64,000 nt of DNA from Dehalococcoidia bacterium (GCA_965220205.1 OZ244812.1:1223588-1287587), one strand, 5' to 3'. Shown: positions 49,900 to 60,017, numbered from the stretch's first letter. Numbers and translations: made by a program. Notes: a model not told the origin generated them from the letters alone.

Positions 49900-51744
49900 T
49901 CAGCGGTCCATCCTGAGCACGGCGAGGAACGCTTCCTGGGGCACCTCGACACGCCCGATGCGCTTCATGCGCTTCTTTCCCTCGGCCTGCTTCTCGAGGA
50001 GCTTGCGCTTGCGGGTGACGTCGCCGCCGTAGCACTTCGCGAGCACGTTCTTCCGGAGAGCGTGCACCGTCTCCCGGGCGATGATTTTGCTGCCGACCGC
50101 CGCTTGAATCGGCACCTCGAACAGCTGCCGGGGTATGAGCTTCCTCAGCTGCGCCACGAGCGCCTTGCCCTGATAGTAGGCGCGGTCGCGGTGGGTAATC
50201 AACGAGAGCGCGTCGACCGGTTGGGCGTTCACCAGGATGTCGAGGCGCACCAGGGGGGCCGGGCGATAGCCCGCGAACTGATAGTCCAGCGACGCGTACC
50301 CCCGGCTGCGGGTCTTGACCTGGTCGTAGAAATCAACGAGGACCTCGGCCATGGGGACCGCCGCCTCAAGCACCACCCGCGCGTCGGACGAGGGCATATC
50401 GTCGCCGAGACTCTGACGCGCGGCGCTCTCGAGGTATTCGGTGCGCTTGAATACGCCGCGGCGTGCGTTGATCAGCTCCATCATCGGACCGATGAAACGC
50501 GACGGCGTCAGCAAGCTGATGTCCAGCCACGGCTCCTCGATCTCCTCATACTGTCCGCCGGACGGCAGGTCCGTAGGGCGCGACACTTCGCGTATCGAGC
50601 CGTCGTTCATGCGGAGCTGGTACAGCACGCTGGGCGCCGTCACGACGAGGTCCATCGCGTACTCGCGCTCCAGCCGCTCCTGGACAATCTCCATGTGCAG
50701 CAGGCCGAGGAACCCGCAGCGGAAGCCCGGTCCGAGCGCTTCGCTGTGCTCCGGTTCGTACACCAACGCGGCGTCGTTCATCTGGAGACGTTCGAGCGCC
50801 TCGCGCAGATCGTGATACTCGACGCCCTCGGACGGATAGAGCCCGGCGAAGACCATCGGCTTGCGCCCGCCGTATCCCGGCAGCGGCTCTGCCGCGCCGT
50901 TCCTCGCCATCGTGACCGTATCGCCCACACGGCACTCGCCAACGCTCTTGAGGCCCGTGGCCACGTAGCCGACCTCGCCGGCCGCGAGCTCGGGGACCCG
51001 GCCCATCGCGGGCGTAAACGCGCCCACCTCCAACACGTCCGCCTCCACGCCTGTCGCCATCATGCGCACGCGCTCCGCCCCGCGCACAGACCCATCGAGC
51101 ACGCGGACGTAGGCGAGCACTCCCTTGTAGGAGTCGTACTTGGAATCGAACACCAGCGCCCGCAGCGGACGGTCCGGGTGGGCCTCTGGCGGAGGAAGGC
51201 GGTCGACAATCGCCTCGAGGAGGCCGGCCACGCCCGTGCCCTCCTTCGCCGAGACGGCGAGCACCTCCCCCGGCTCGAACCCAAAGGCCGTCTGCAACTC
51301 ACCGAGGACTCGGTCCGGGTCGGCCTGGGGCAGGTCAATCTTGTTGATCACCGGAATGATGGCCAGGTCGTGCTCGAGCGCCATGTACACATTCGCGAGC
51401 GTCTGCGCCTGGATGCCCTGGGTCGCGTCTACGACGAGGACCGCGCCCTCGCAGGCGGCGAGACTCCGCGACACCTCGTAGGCGAAGTCCACGTGTCCTG
51501 GCGTATCGATGAGATTCAGCTGGTACTCGCCTGCGGCGCCGTTCCGGAACAGCATCCGCACCGCCTGCGCCTTGATCGTGATTCCACGCTCGCGCTCGAT
51601 GTCCATCGAGTCGAGCACTTGCGCCTGCATCGCGCGCGCGCTCACCGTGCCGGTGACTTCGAGCATGCGATCGGCGAGCGTGGACTTGCCGTGGTCGATG
51701 TGGGCGATGATGCAGAAGTTGCGGATGTGGGAGGGGTCCATCAC
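49900..51744 (-). CDS. lepA: elongation factor 4
   Basis: [28 protein letters not shown] and NKID GTPase motifs, plus the LepA C-terminal domain. Confidence 0.95.
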   Translation of the reverse strand: MMDPSHIRNFCIIAHIDHGKSTLADRMLEVTGTVSARAMQAQVLDSMDIERERGITIKAQAVRMLFRNGAAGEYQLNLIDTPGHVDFAYEVSRSLAACEGAVLVVDATQGIQAQTLANVYMALEHDLAIIPVINKIDLPQADPDRVLGELQTAFGFEPGEVLAVSAKEGTGVAGLLEAIVDRLPPPEAHPDRPLRALVFDSKYDSYKGVLAYVRVLDGSVRGAERVRMMATGVEADVLEVGAFTPAMGRVPELAAGEVGYVATGLKSVGECRVGDTVTMARNGAAEPLPGYGGRKPMVFAGLYPSEGVEYHDLREALERLQMNDAALVYEPEHSEALGPGFRCGFLGLLHMEIVQERLEREYAMDLVVTAPSVLYQLRMNDGSIREVSRPTDLPSGGQYEEIEEPWLDISLLTPSRFIGPMMELINARRGVFKRTEYLESAARQSLGDDMPSSDARVVLEAAVPMAEVLVDFYDQVKTRSRGYASLDYQFAGYRPAPLVRLDILVNAQPVDALSLITHRDRAYYQGKALVAQLRKLIPRQLFEVPIQAAVGSKIIARETVHALRKNVLAKCYGGDVTRKRKLLEKQAEGKKRMKRIGRVEVPQEAFLAVLRMDR

Positions 51745-51839
51745 GGTTCATGATACCAGGCGCAGCGCGAGACCATGCGCGCGGGCCGCCGCCGGGCGGT
51801 GCCGCTTGAGCATTCGAAGGGGAGTGACGCTGGCGAGAG

Positions 51840-52886
51840 CTACGGGGCCGGAGTCGGGGCCGGCGACGAATCCGGGGCGGCGGCGATGGGAGTCTGGCGC
51901 ACGCACTCCGGCGGCAGCGGGTCGTCCAAGACAGGCGCGTCAGTACCGGCCCCGGCGCCGTTGGGGTCCTGCAAGAACTGCAGCAGCGGGCTATCGGCCG
52001 GCAGCACGAGGGTGCTGTTCGACTGCAGGAAGCTCGCGTACGCCTCGAGGCTGCGGCGGAACGAGAACAGGTCCGGGTCGCACCCCAGCGCCAAGCCCAG
52101 CACCCTGATGGCTTCGGCTTCACCTTCACCACGGAGGACGTTCGAGTCCCGGTCGGCTTCAGCGGCGATGACCTGAACGCGCCGGTTTACGTCCGCAGTC
52201 TTGGTGAGGAACTCCTCCTCACCCTCGGCGCGCAGACGCTGGGCCTGCACCTCGCGCTCGCTCCTCATGCGGATGTAGATGGACTCGACGATCGAGTCGG
52301 GGAAGTCCGCGCGCTTGATGCGGACGTCCTGCACGTCGATTCCGAATCCCTGCTGATCGGCCCGCTGTTGCACGGACGCGGTCACGATGCGGGTCAGCTC
52401 TTCCCGCGCCGGCACGCCGTTACTCTGTATGGGGGCGACGGTCTGGGTCCCGTCCTCGTTGACCGAGATCTGTCCGCCGATGATCTGCTCGCGCCGACGC
52501 CCGCCGACCTCTTCACGGAGAGCAGCCACGACAATCTGACCGATCGGGGCCGCCGCGCCCGTCTCGTTGATGAGGGCTGTGCGGAATCTCCTGATGTCGG
52601 CGTCGTTCGGCCTGATGCGGTACCGCACGTAGGCGTCGATGTCGAGGAACTGGTTCTCGATGTCAGGGAAGGCCGCCGGCTGGACGTCCACGCGGAGGAG
52701 GCGTTTGTCGAGCCGGGTCACCGCCTCAATGAACGGCGCCTTGAACCTGAGACCAGGGGCAGTATGCGTCTGTCGAATCTCGCCGAACCGGGTGAGGACG
52801 ACAAGCTCGGTCTGGTCGACCTTGTAGGCGGACTGCCAGAGGACGATGGCGCCGATGGCAAGCACGACGAGGATGATGGCTTTCAT
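51840..52886 (-). CDS. hflC: SPFH/band-7 protease modulator HflC
   Basis: N-terminal TM helix followed by an SPFH domain. It lies immediately downstream of hflK. Confidence 0.8.
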   Translation of the reverse strand: MKAIILVVLAIGAIVLWQSAYKVDQTELVVLTRFGEIRQTHTAPGLRFKAPFIEAVTRLDKRLLRVDVQPAAFPDIENQFLDIDAYVRYRIRPNDADIRRFRTALINETGAAAPIGQIVVAALREEVGGRRREQIIGGQISVNEDGTQTVAPIQSNGVPAREELTRIVTASVQQRADQQGFGIDVQDVRIKRADFPDSIVESIYIRMRSEREVQAQRLRAEGEEEFLTKTADVNRRVQVIAAEADRDSNVLRGEGEAEAIRVLGLALGCDPDLFSFRRSLEAYASFLQSNSTLVLPADSPLLQFLQDPNGAGAGTDAPVLDDPLPPECVRQTPIAAAPDSSPAPTPAP

Positions 52887-52889
52887 CGG

Positions 52890-54014
52890 CTATTGCCCCC
52901 CGCCGGTTACGCCTGGAACGTTGGGCGTTCCGCCGGTTAGCGGCAGGAACGGCAGCACGCCGCTTCCCGCTTCCTCGTCGATGATGAATATGCTAACGGA
53001 GGGCAGTATGGCCTCGATCGCCTCGAGGAAGAGCCGCTGGCGCGTCACGTCGGGCGCGACGCGGTACTCGGCCAGAATCGAGAGGAACTGGTCTGCCTCA
53101 CCGGAAGCGCGCTCAATGCGGGCCTGCTTGAAGGCGGTCGCCGACTGAATCGTCTGCTGCGCCGCGCCGAGTGCTCTCGGTATCTGGTCCTGCTCGAAGG
53201 CCGCCGCCTGGTTGACGCGCGTCTCCTTGTCGGACCGCGCGGCGACGACGTCGTCAAACGCGGCGCGCACAGCGTCGGGCGGCGTCACCTCCTGGAGCTG
53301 TACGGACAGGACGTTGATGCCGGTCTCGTAGTCGTTCATGAGCCTCTGGATGAGCGCGGCGGTGTCGAACTGCACCTCCTCCTTGCCACGGGTGAGCACG
53401 TCGTCGATGCTGCGCTGGCCGATCACTTGGCGCAGCGACGCTTCGGTGACGTCCCGCAGCGTCCGGCCGTCAGGGCGACCGGGACGGATATCTCCGTCGG
53501 GGTCGCCGGGGTCGTCGACGCGGAAGAGGAACGCGGCGAGGTCGCCGATGCGGTACTGCACGGCGAGCTTGACGTCGGCGATGTTGAGGTCGCCGGTAAT
53601 CATCAGGGACTCGACCGGCACATCGCGCTCCGGGTCGGACCTGAAGCCGACGGTCATGGTCTTGGTCTCGGTGACGCTTTCCTTCTGCACCCGGCCCACG
53701 GGCGCCGGCCACCACCACTTCAGCCCGGGTTCCTCAATCGTCTGGAACTCCCCGAAGAGCTGCGTCGCTGCTTGCTCGTTGGGCTCAACCTGATAAACCC
53801 CTGAGCCCACCCATATCACGGCGATGACGAGCGCGACGCCGGCAAAGATGGCCGTGTTGCCGCCGCCGCCGGGCAGGCGGTTGCGGATGCCGCTCCAGCC
53901 GGAGCGCATATTCCTGACGAGTCGGTCGGGGTCGAATTCGGGACGGCGTTCGCCGTACATAGAGCCTCGTTGGTTTAGAGCGTGCCCACACCAGGAGCTA
54001 TCCTGCGGGAGCAT
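52890..54014 (-). CDS. hflK: SPFH/band-7 protease modulator HflK
   Basis: TM helix followed by an SPFH domain (YQVEPNEQAATQLFGEF). An alternative start is ATG 53960. Confidence 0.8.
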   Translation of the reverse strand: MLPQDSSWCGHALNQRGSMYGERRPEFDPDRLVRNMRSGWSGIRNRLPGGGGNTAIFAGVALVIAVIWVGSGVYQVEPNEQAATQLFGEFQTIEEPGLKWWWPAPVGRVQKESVTETKTMTVGFRSDPERDVPVESLMITGDLNIADVKLAVQYRIGDLAAFLFRVDDPGDPDGDIRPGRPDGRTLRDVTEASLRQVIGQRSIDDVLTRGKEEVQFDTAALIQRLMNDYETGINVLSVQLQEVTPPDAVRAAFDDVVAARSDKETRVNQAAAFEQDQIPRALGAAQQTIQSATAFKQARIERASGEADQFLSILAEYRVAPDVTRQRLFLEAIEAILPSVSIFIIDEEAGSGVLPFLPLTGGTPNVPGVTGGGQ

Positions 54015-54152
54015 GGGTCAGTGTATAGACCGCTTCTCCAAGTGTCAAACGATAGGAAACGGACTCGCCGTGCCCTCTCTTGTCGACCGTCTCAACACCT
54101 GAGCCGTTAGCGGGGCGCCCGTCCGGTACACCGGCTCAGCAGCGGCGCTCGG

Positions 54153-54712
54153 CTGGGTGTGGCTCCAACAGAGGTTGTTGGCCATTCGGGCATCTCCTCT
54201 CTCGTGCTCGCTGGCGCACGGGCGGGCTGGCGCACGGGCGGGCTGGCGCACGGGCGGGCTGGCGGGGTTACAGGCAAGGGTAGCGAGGTGGGCGCCGCCG
54301 ACGCGGCGCGATAGGGCGTGGATTCCCGTGTCGGGGCACGAGAATGACGGCGGGTGAGACGGAATTGAACGGAAATGGGCCAAAATGGCCGGGAATCGGC
54401 CCAAATCGTGAGGTTTTTCACTCGTAAATGTAGGGGGTTTACGAGTGGACGGGCGAAATAGTGGGACATTCTGGGACATTTTGGGACATTTACTCGTAAA
54501 TCGGGCCAGCGCCCGGCGCGCCAAGCCCTGTGGGTTCGAGTGCCCCCCTTCGACGGGCTCAGGGCAGGCTTCAACAGGCATGGTAGAGGTTGGGAGGCGT
54601 TGGGGGGAGGGGCAGATGTCGCGCGCTGGGCTGGAATACCCCTCGTCCAGGTGGGGGAGGAGGCAGGGCCGGCCTCCCGGTTGTAAACAACGTGTCTGGG
54701 AACTACACCTGG
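54153..54712. mobile_element. MITE family B copy with CTGG/CTGG flanks
   Basis: CTGG at 54153-54156 and 54709-54712. Terminal inverted repeats are GTGTGGCTCC and GGGAACTACAC. It is colinear with 60093-600 and carries the core module 54361-54500 and a 16-nt tandem repeat at 54210-54267. Confidence 0.8.
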
Positions 54713-54783
54713 GAAGCGCCGCCCATTGCCCCGACCCCCTTCCGCGCCGTACCGTATGCGCAGCCACTATCAGGTTGCCGCGC

Positions 54784-55803
54784 ATGGATCACAGGTACGA
54801 CGTCTACGGAATCGGCAGCGCCCTCGTCGACACGGAGGTTGAGGTCGACGGGGCTCTCCTGTCCGACCTCGGCCTGGAGAAGGGCGTCATGACGCTCGTT
54901 TCCGCTGAGCGGCAAACCGCGCTTCTCGACAGCCTCGCAGGCCATGCACGGCACAGCGCGGCAGGCGGATCGGCGGCGAACACCGTGGTGGGCGTCGCGC
55001 AGTTCGGGGGAAGAGCGTTCTTCACCGCCAAGGTTGGCAGCGACGTGTCCGGTGCGCTCTACCGTGAGAGCATGGCGGAGGCGGGCGTGGAATTCGACGT
55101 CGACGGGGCCGACGGGACCCCGACGGGGACGTGCCTTGTCCTCGTGACCCCCGACGGCGAGCGCACCATGCAGACGGCGCTCGGCGCGTCGTCCGGACTC
55201 GGCCCGGCGGACGTGAACGTGGAGCGCATCGCGCAGAGTCAGGTCGTTTACATCGAGGGCTACCTATTCGGCTCGCCCACAGCCGCGCAGGCGGCCGTAC
55301 GAGCGATGGAGGCAGCTCGCGACGCTGGGGTAAGCGTATCGCTCAGCCTATCGGACCCGAGCATGGCCCATCACTTCGCTGACGACTTCAAGCGGGCTAC
55401 CCAGGAGTACGTGGACGTGCTGTTCTGCAATGAGCACGAGGCCCGCATCTACGCCGGAGGCGGAACCCGCGACGAGGCGCTCCGCGCGATCGGGGAGGAC
55501 TGCTCGCGGGTGTTCATGACGTGCGGCGCCGACGGCTCGTTGGTCTACGACCACGGCCGTCTCATCCAGGTGGACGGCTTCAGCGTCCCCGTGGTCGACA
55601 CGACCGGCGCCGGAGACATCTACGCCGCGGGCGTGCTGCACGGGCTCACGCACGGGATGGACGCGGCGGCGGCGGGCAAGCTCGGCTCGTTTGCCTCGGC
55701 CAGGGTGGTGACGCAGTGGGGCCCCCGGCTGCGGGAGGCGCTCGCCGGTCACGTACCATCGATCCTGCGAGGCGCTCACCCTGTAGGCGGGGCGGCGACG
55801 TGA
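54784..55803 (+). CDS. PfkB-family carbohydrate/adenosine kinase
   Basis: DVYGIGSALVD N-terminus and DTTGAGDIYAAG motif. The upstream part of the track ORF is MITE sequence. Confidence 0.85.
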   Translation: MDHRYDVYGIGSALVDTEVEVDGALLSDLGLEKGVMTLVSAERQTALLDSLAGHARHSAAGGSAANTVVGVAQFGGRAFFTAKVGSDVSGALYRESMAEAGVEFDVDGADGTPTGTCLVLVTPDGERTMQTALGASSGLGPADVNVERIAQSQVVYIEGYLFGSPTAAQAAVRAMEAARDAGVSVSLSLSDPSMAHHFADDFKRATQEYVDVLFCNEHEARIYAGGGTRDEALRAIGEDCSRVFMTCGADGSLVYDHGRLIQVDGFSVPVVDTTGAGDIYAAGVLHGLTHGMDAAAAGKLGSFASARVVTQWGPRLREALAGHVPSILRGAHPVGGAAT

Positions 55804-55864
55804 CGGCGGCGCGCGTGGCCGCCCGCGACAGAATCATTGAGACCATCGGAGAGGAGCGGACCTG

Positions 55865-56494
55865 ATGACCAACCAACCGCAGGGCCCCGGCCCTGGCGCC
55901 GCGCGTCACGACGAGGGCGACGCCTGGCAAGAGCAAGAGTTCGTCGACAAGTGGGTAACGCGCGACGGAGGCCGGCTTGACGAGCGGATTCCCATGATCC
56001 GCGAGTTCCTCGAGCTCGCTCCGTTCGAGCCCAGCGCAAGAATCCGCGTGCTCGACGTCGGGGCCGGCTACGGCCTCATCTCATCGCAGGTGCTCGATTG
56101 CTACGCTGAGGCCGAGGCAACGCTGCAGGACATCTCCGAGCCAATGTTCGAGTACGCGCGCAAACAGTTGTCCGCATATGCGGACAGGGTCACGTTCGTG
56201 AACAGCGACTTCAGCGACCGCGATTGGAGCGCTGAGGTGGGCGGCCCGTTCGACCTCGTCGTGTCCGCGTACGCCATCCACAACTTGTACGACGACGGGA
56301 AGATCTCGGGCGTGTACGCCGACATCTACCGTCTGCTCAAGCCGGGCGGCGCGTTCCTGAACCTCGACTACGCGCCACAGGCCGGGGGCAACGACGCGCA
56401 TGTCCAGTGGCTGCGGGAGGCCGGGTTCGACCGGGTCGAGTGCACCCCGGCGACCGAGCGCATATCGAAGCTCGCCGCCTATCGCTCCGCCTGA
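55865..56494 (+). CDS. class I SAM-dependent methyltransferase
   Basis: VLDVGAGYGLIS motif I. Confidence 0.8.
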   Translation: MTNQPQGPGPGAARHDEGDAWQEQEFVDKWVTRDGGRLDERIPMIREFLELAPFEPSARIRVLDVGAGYGLISSQVLDCYAEAEATLQDISEPMFEYARKQLSAYADRVTFVNSDFSDRDWSAEVGGPFDLVVSAYAIHNLYDDGKISGVYADIYRLLKPGGAFLNLDYAPQAGGNDAHVQWLREAGFDRVECTPATERISKLAAYRSA

Positions 56495-56518
56495 GGCCGA
56501 GCTGATCGGTCCGATCGC

Positions 56519-57667
56519 CTACCGCGCCCACAGGCGTGCGCTGGCAATGGCGGCGCCCTCTGCTTGGGCGCGCAGCTTCGCGTAGACGATGCCCGGGTCC
56601 ATCTTGCCGTAGCCGGCGAAGGTGCCGAAGCCGCAGTCGCTGCCGGCCAGCACCCGCTCGCGCCCGACGATTGCCGCGAACTGCTCGATGCGCTGGGCTA
56701 CCAGCTCGGGGTGTTCGACGAAGTTCGTGGTCGAGTCCACGACGCCGGGGAGCAGCACCTTGTCTCCGGGAATGGCCGCGTCACGCCACACCGTCCACTC
56801 GTGCGCGTGGCGTGGGTTGGAGGCCTCGAACGACACGGCCATGGGTTTGGCCCCCAGTACGATTCCCAGTATCTTCTCGAGGGCTATGTCGTGGTCGTGA
56901 GGGCCCTCGTAGTTTCCCCAACAGATGTGCATGCGCGCCGACTCCGCGGGCACTCCGCTCAGCGCATGGTTGAGCGCCTCGACCTGCTGATGGGCGCGCT
57001 CGAGGAACTCGGCCTCGTCGAGGTCCTGGAACGCCGTATGCCGGGCCATCGCCAGGTCGGGGCAGTCGACTTGCAGCACGAACCCTGCCGCCACGATCGC
57101 CTCGTACTCCTCGCGCATGGCGTCGGCGAGAGCGAAGACGTAGGCCTCGTGCGTCGGGTAGTACTGGTTCGGTTGGAACGCCGAGATGACGCCGGGCGAC
57201 GCCGCCGTGACGAATACGTCCTCGACCTTCGCATCGGCGACGGCGGCGCGCAGGTTGTCGAGGTCCGCCCGCAGCAAATCTCTGTCCTTGACGGCGATGG
57301 GCCCGGTGCAGAAGGCGCGGGGCATGGGCTGGCCGCCGGTGATGCGCGCCATCTTCTCCCGGAACTCCGGGTATGGCGCGACATCGAGATTGACCTTGCG
57401 CGGGCTGTCCCCCTCGAACCCCGTGAGCCTGTCGGTGATGTAGGTGGAGTAGCTGATCTTGCTCATCTCCCCGTCGCTGACGACATCTACGCCGGCCTCC
57501 GCCTGCTTGGCCACAGCGTCGGCCACGGCACGCCGGACCGTCGCCGCGAAGGCGTCCGGCTCCATCGGCTCGCCGCGTTGCCGCGCGAGCAGCGCTTCGG
57601 CCATGTCGTTCGGCCGTGGCAAGCTGCCGACGTGCGTCGTAAGGATCCGGTCCGTGCTCAGTTTCAT
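56519..57667 (-). CDS. cobalamin-independent methionine synthase (MetE-like) family protein
   Basis: THVGSLPRP N-terminus and the motif HICWGNYEGPH. Confidence 0.75.
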   Translation of the reverse strand: MKLSTDRILTTHVGSLPRPNDMAEALLARQRGEPMEPDAFAATVRRAVADAVAKQAEAGVDVVSDGEMSKISYSTYITDRLTGFEGDSPRKVNLDVAPYPEFREKMARITGGQPMPRAFCTGPIAVKDRDLLRADLDNLRAAVADAKVEDVFVTAASPGVISAFQPNQYYPTHEAYVFALADAMREEYEAIVAAGFVLQVDCPDLAMARHTAFQDLDEAEFLERAHQQVEALNHALSGVPAESARMHICWGNYEGPHDHDIALEKILGIVLGAKPMAVSFEASNPRHAHEWTVWRDAAIPGDKVLLPGVVDSTTNFVEHPELVAQRIEQFAAIVGRERVLAGSDCGFGTFAGYGKMDPGIVYAKLRAQAEGAAIASARLWAR

Positions 57668-57734
57668 ATCGACCTCTCTGTCGTAAGGATGCGGCCCAAG
57701 CGGGACGCGCCACCCTGTATCCGCGTCTCGCGGC

Positions 57735-58703
57735 CTACGTCTCGAAGAGCAGGCGCCTGGCCAGCTGACGCAGGTTGCGCACCGCAGCGACAGGCTTGAA
57801 CGCGGCCGAGGCGTCGTCGAGCGCCGCTGCCTCGTCCGGACGGAGCATGATGTCGGCGGCCTCCGCGTTCTCCTCGAGCTGCCTCAGGCTCTTCGCGCCG
57901 GGGATCGCGACGACGTTCGACCGGCGCACCACCCACGCCAGAGCGGCCTGGGCGGGCGTGACGCGATGCGCTTGCGCGACTTCCCGCAGCGTCTCGATGA
58001 CCGGCGCGGCGCGCTTCATGTTCTCGACGGTGAACAGGCCGTTGAAGCGCCGGAAACCGCCCGGCGCGTTCTCCGGCCCGTAGCGGCCTGACAGGAGACC
58101 TTGGGCCAGCGGGCTATAGGCGATGATGGTCCGCTCGTTGCGCTCGGCGAAGGGCAACAGCTCTCGCTCCGCCCTCCGGTCCAACAGGTTGTAGGGGACC
58201 TGGTCCGAGACGACGGCGCGCCCAAGCATCGCTTCGGCCCTGCGCCACCGCGCCATGCTGAAGTTGCTGACGCCCGCGGCGCCGATCTTCCCGGCGTCCA
58301 GCAGATCGCGCATGCCTGCCATGGTCCACGACAACGGCGCCGCCGGGTTCGGCCAGTGCGCCTGGTACAGCTCCATCCGGTCGGTGGCGAGGCGTGCGAG
58401 GCTCCGCCGGGCGGCGCCGCGGACCTGACCTGGAAGGAGGCGCAGCGGCCAGACCTTCGAGGCGATGAAGGCTTCGTCGCGCCGCCCGTCCAGCGACGCC
58501 GCGAGCAGCGTCTCCGAACGGCCCTTCGCGTATATCTCCGCCGTGTCGAACAGGTTGACGCCCATGTCGAGCGCCCGCTGAACGATTGCGCGGGCGTCGG
58601 CCGGGCCGAACTCGGAGCCCCAGCCCCAGCTGCGGGAGCCGAACTGCCACACCCCCACGCCGATGACGGAGACTCGCTTGTCCGCAAGGGTCAGGTAGCG
58701 CAT
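57735..58703 (-). CDS. aldo/keto reductase
   Basis: MRYLTLADKRVSVIGVGVWQFG N-terminus and NLFDTAEIYAKGRSE motif. The start is taken at 58703. Confidence 0.85.
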   Translation of the reverse strand: MRYLTLADKRVSVIGVGVWQFGSRSWGWGSEFGPADARAIVQRALDMGVNLFDTAEIYAKGRSETLLAASLDGRRDEAFIASKVWPLRLLPGQVRGAARRSLARLATDRMELYQAHWPNPAAPLSWTMAGMRDLLDAGKIGAAGVSNFSMARWRRAEAMLGRAVVSDQVPYNLLDRRAERELLPFAERNERTIIAYSPLAQGLLSGRYGPENAPGGFRRFNGLFTVENMKRAAPVIETLREVAQAHRVTPAQAALAWVVRRSNVVAIPGAKSLRQLEENAEAADIMLRPDEAAALDDASAAFKPVAAVRNLRQLARRLLFET

Positions 58704-58734
58704 GGAGGTGGAGCGGGCGGCGGCACAACGCCGA

Positions 58735-59265
58735 CTACGAGCGCACCGCGACGGGAAGTGGCTTCGGCGATCGCACGATGAACGAGCCTGCGACGTCACG
58801 TACATCAGCGGCGCCGCTCTCGATCATCGCGCCGCGGGCAAACGGCCGGTCGGCGCCCCGAACACTGGCGGCGAGGATGTACAACCCCTCGGCCAGATAG
58901 CTCTCGTGCTCGTCGGCCGTCTCCGCGTCAAGACCCTGTTCGGAGACGAGCGCCCCGCCCAGCCAGGCGCCGAAAGCCGCGCCGATCTTCCACACCGTCG
59001 AACCCATGAACACTCTGACGTTTATGTCGACCGGCAGGATGAACAGAACGATCAGCGTTGGCACCTCGACGATGAGCGACCCGTAGACGGCCCATCGCAC
59101 CGCCGACCGCAACATGACGTCCCCGCGGTGGCGCAAGCGCGTCCGCGGCCCGGTGGAAGGCGATAAGAGGGTCAACGCCGTCCCGCGGCAACCGGCGCCG
59201 GCGATCAGGTCGCGGGCCTCCTCCGCCTCGCGCGGGCCGTTGAAGATGCCAACGACTTGGCTCAT
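58735..59265 (-). CDS. hypothetical membrane protein
   Basis: Start MSQVVGIF lies immediately after the upstream stop. Two or three TM helices. No recognised family. Confidence 0.45.
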   Translation of the reverse strand: MSQVVGIFNGPREAEEARDLIAGAGCRGTALTLLSPSTGPRTRLRHRGDVMLRSAVRWAVYGSLIVEVPTLIVLFILPVDINVRVFMGSTVWKIGAAFGAWLGGALVSEQGLDAETADEHESYLAEGLYILAASVRGADRPFARGAMIESGAADVRDVAGSFIVRSPKPLPVAVRS

Positions 59266-60017
59266 GCCGCCTTCAGCCGCTCCTCGAATAGCTCCATCAG
59301 CTTCTGCCATGCGTCCCTTGCAGGCGCCTCGCGGTAGCTGCGAGTGTCCGGGTTCATGAACCCGTGGCCCGTGCCGTCGTAGCAGTGGAACGAGTGATCG
59401 ACGCCGAGCCGAACCAACTCCGCGTCGATCCTGGCAACGTTGGCCGGCGTGGGATTGGCATCGTCGTTGCCGAAGAAGCCGGCGACGTGCGTGGTTATCC
59501 TGTCGGACGCGGCGAACGGCGAGGGGCCGCCGCCGTTGGACTCGAAGATGTTGCCGGGGTAGAAGCAGGCCGCCGCCCGCACGGAGACGCTGCGCGTGGC
59601 CATAAGGTAGGACATCCGGCCGCCCATGCAGAACCCCGTGACGCCCACCGGACGGTCGGCGACGTCCATTGCGGCGCGCATATGGGCGATCGCGGCGTTG
59701 ACGTCGCGGACCACCTCATCGTCGGCAATCCTCCCCCGCATGGGCATGACGATCTCGTCCCATCGAGGGTCGTCGCGCGGCAGCGCGAGGAGGTCTTCGA
59801 GGGAGCAGCGCTCCTCCTGCCGGTGGTACAGGTTCGGGGAGACAGCCGCGTATCCCTCCAGAGCGAGCCAATCGCAGACGGAGGTGATGAAGCTGTCGAC
59901 GCCGGAGATATGCTGGATGACGACGACGCCCGGACGCGGCCCAGCGCCGTCGGGGGCGGCTGCGTACGTCCACATCGGCGAGCCGTCGACCGTCAGAGTG
60001 GTCCACTCAGATCCCAT
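59262..60017 (-). CDS. dienelactone hydrolase family protein
   Basis: GVVVIQHISGVD motif, nucleophile elbow GFCMGG and C-terminal GTGHGF. Confidence 0.85.
   Translation of the reverse strand: MGSEWTTLTVDGSPMWTYAAAPDGAGPRPGVVVIQHISGVDSFITSVCDWLALEGYAAVSPNLYHRQEERCSLEDLLALPRDDPRWDEIVMPMRGRIADDEVVRDVNAAIAHMRAAMDVADRPVGVTGFCMGGRMSYLMATRSVSVRAAACFYPGNIFESNGGGPSPFAASDRITTHVAGFFGNDDANPTPANVARIDAELVRLGVDHSFHCYDGTGHGFMNPDTRSYREAPARDAWQKLMELFEERLKAA

Noticed and set aside
54463-54492. GGGACA repeats considered as a CsrA/RsmE-titrating small RNA (GGA motifs)
   Set aside because: The equivalent units in other copies are GCGACA and GGTCTC, which lack GGA. The conserved part is CATT together with the 10-nt phase, which fits duplex DNA recognition better.
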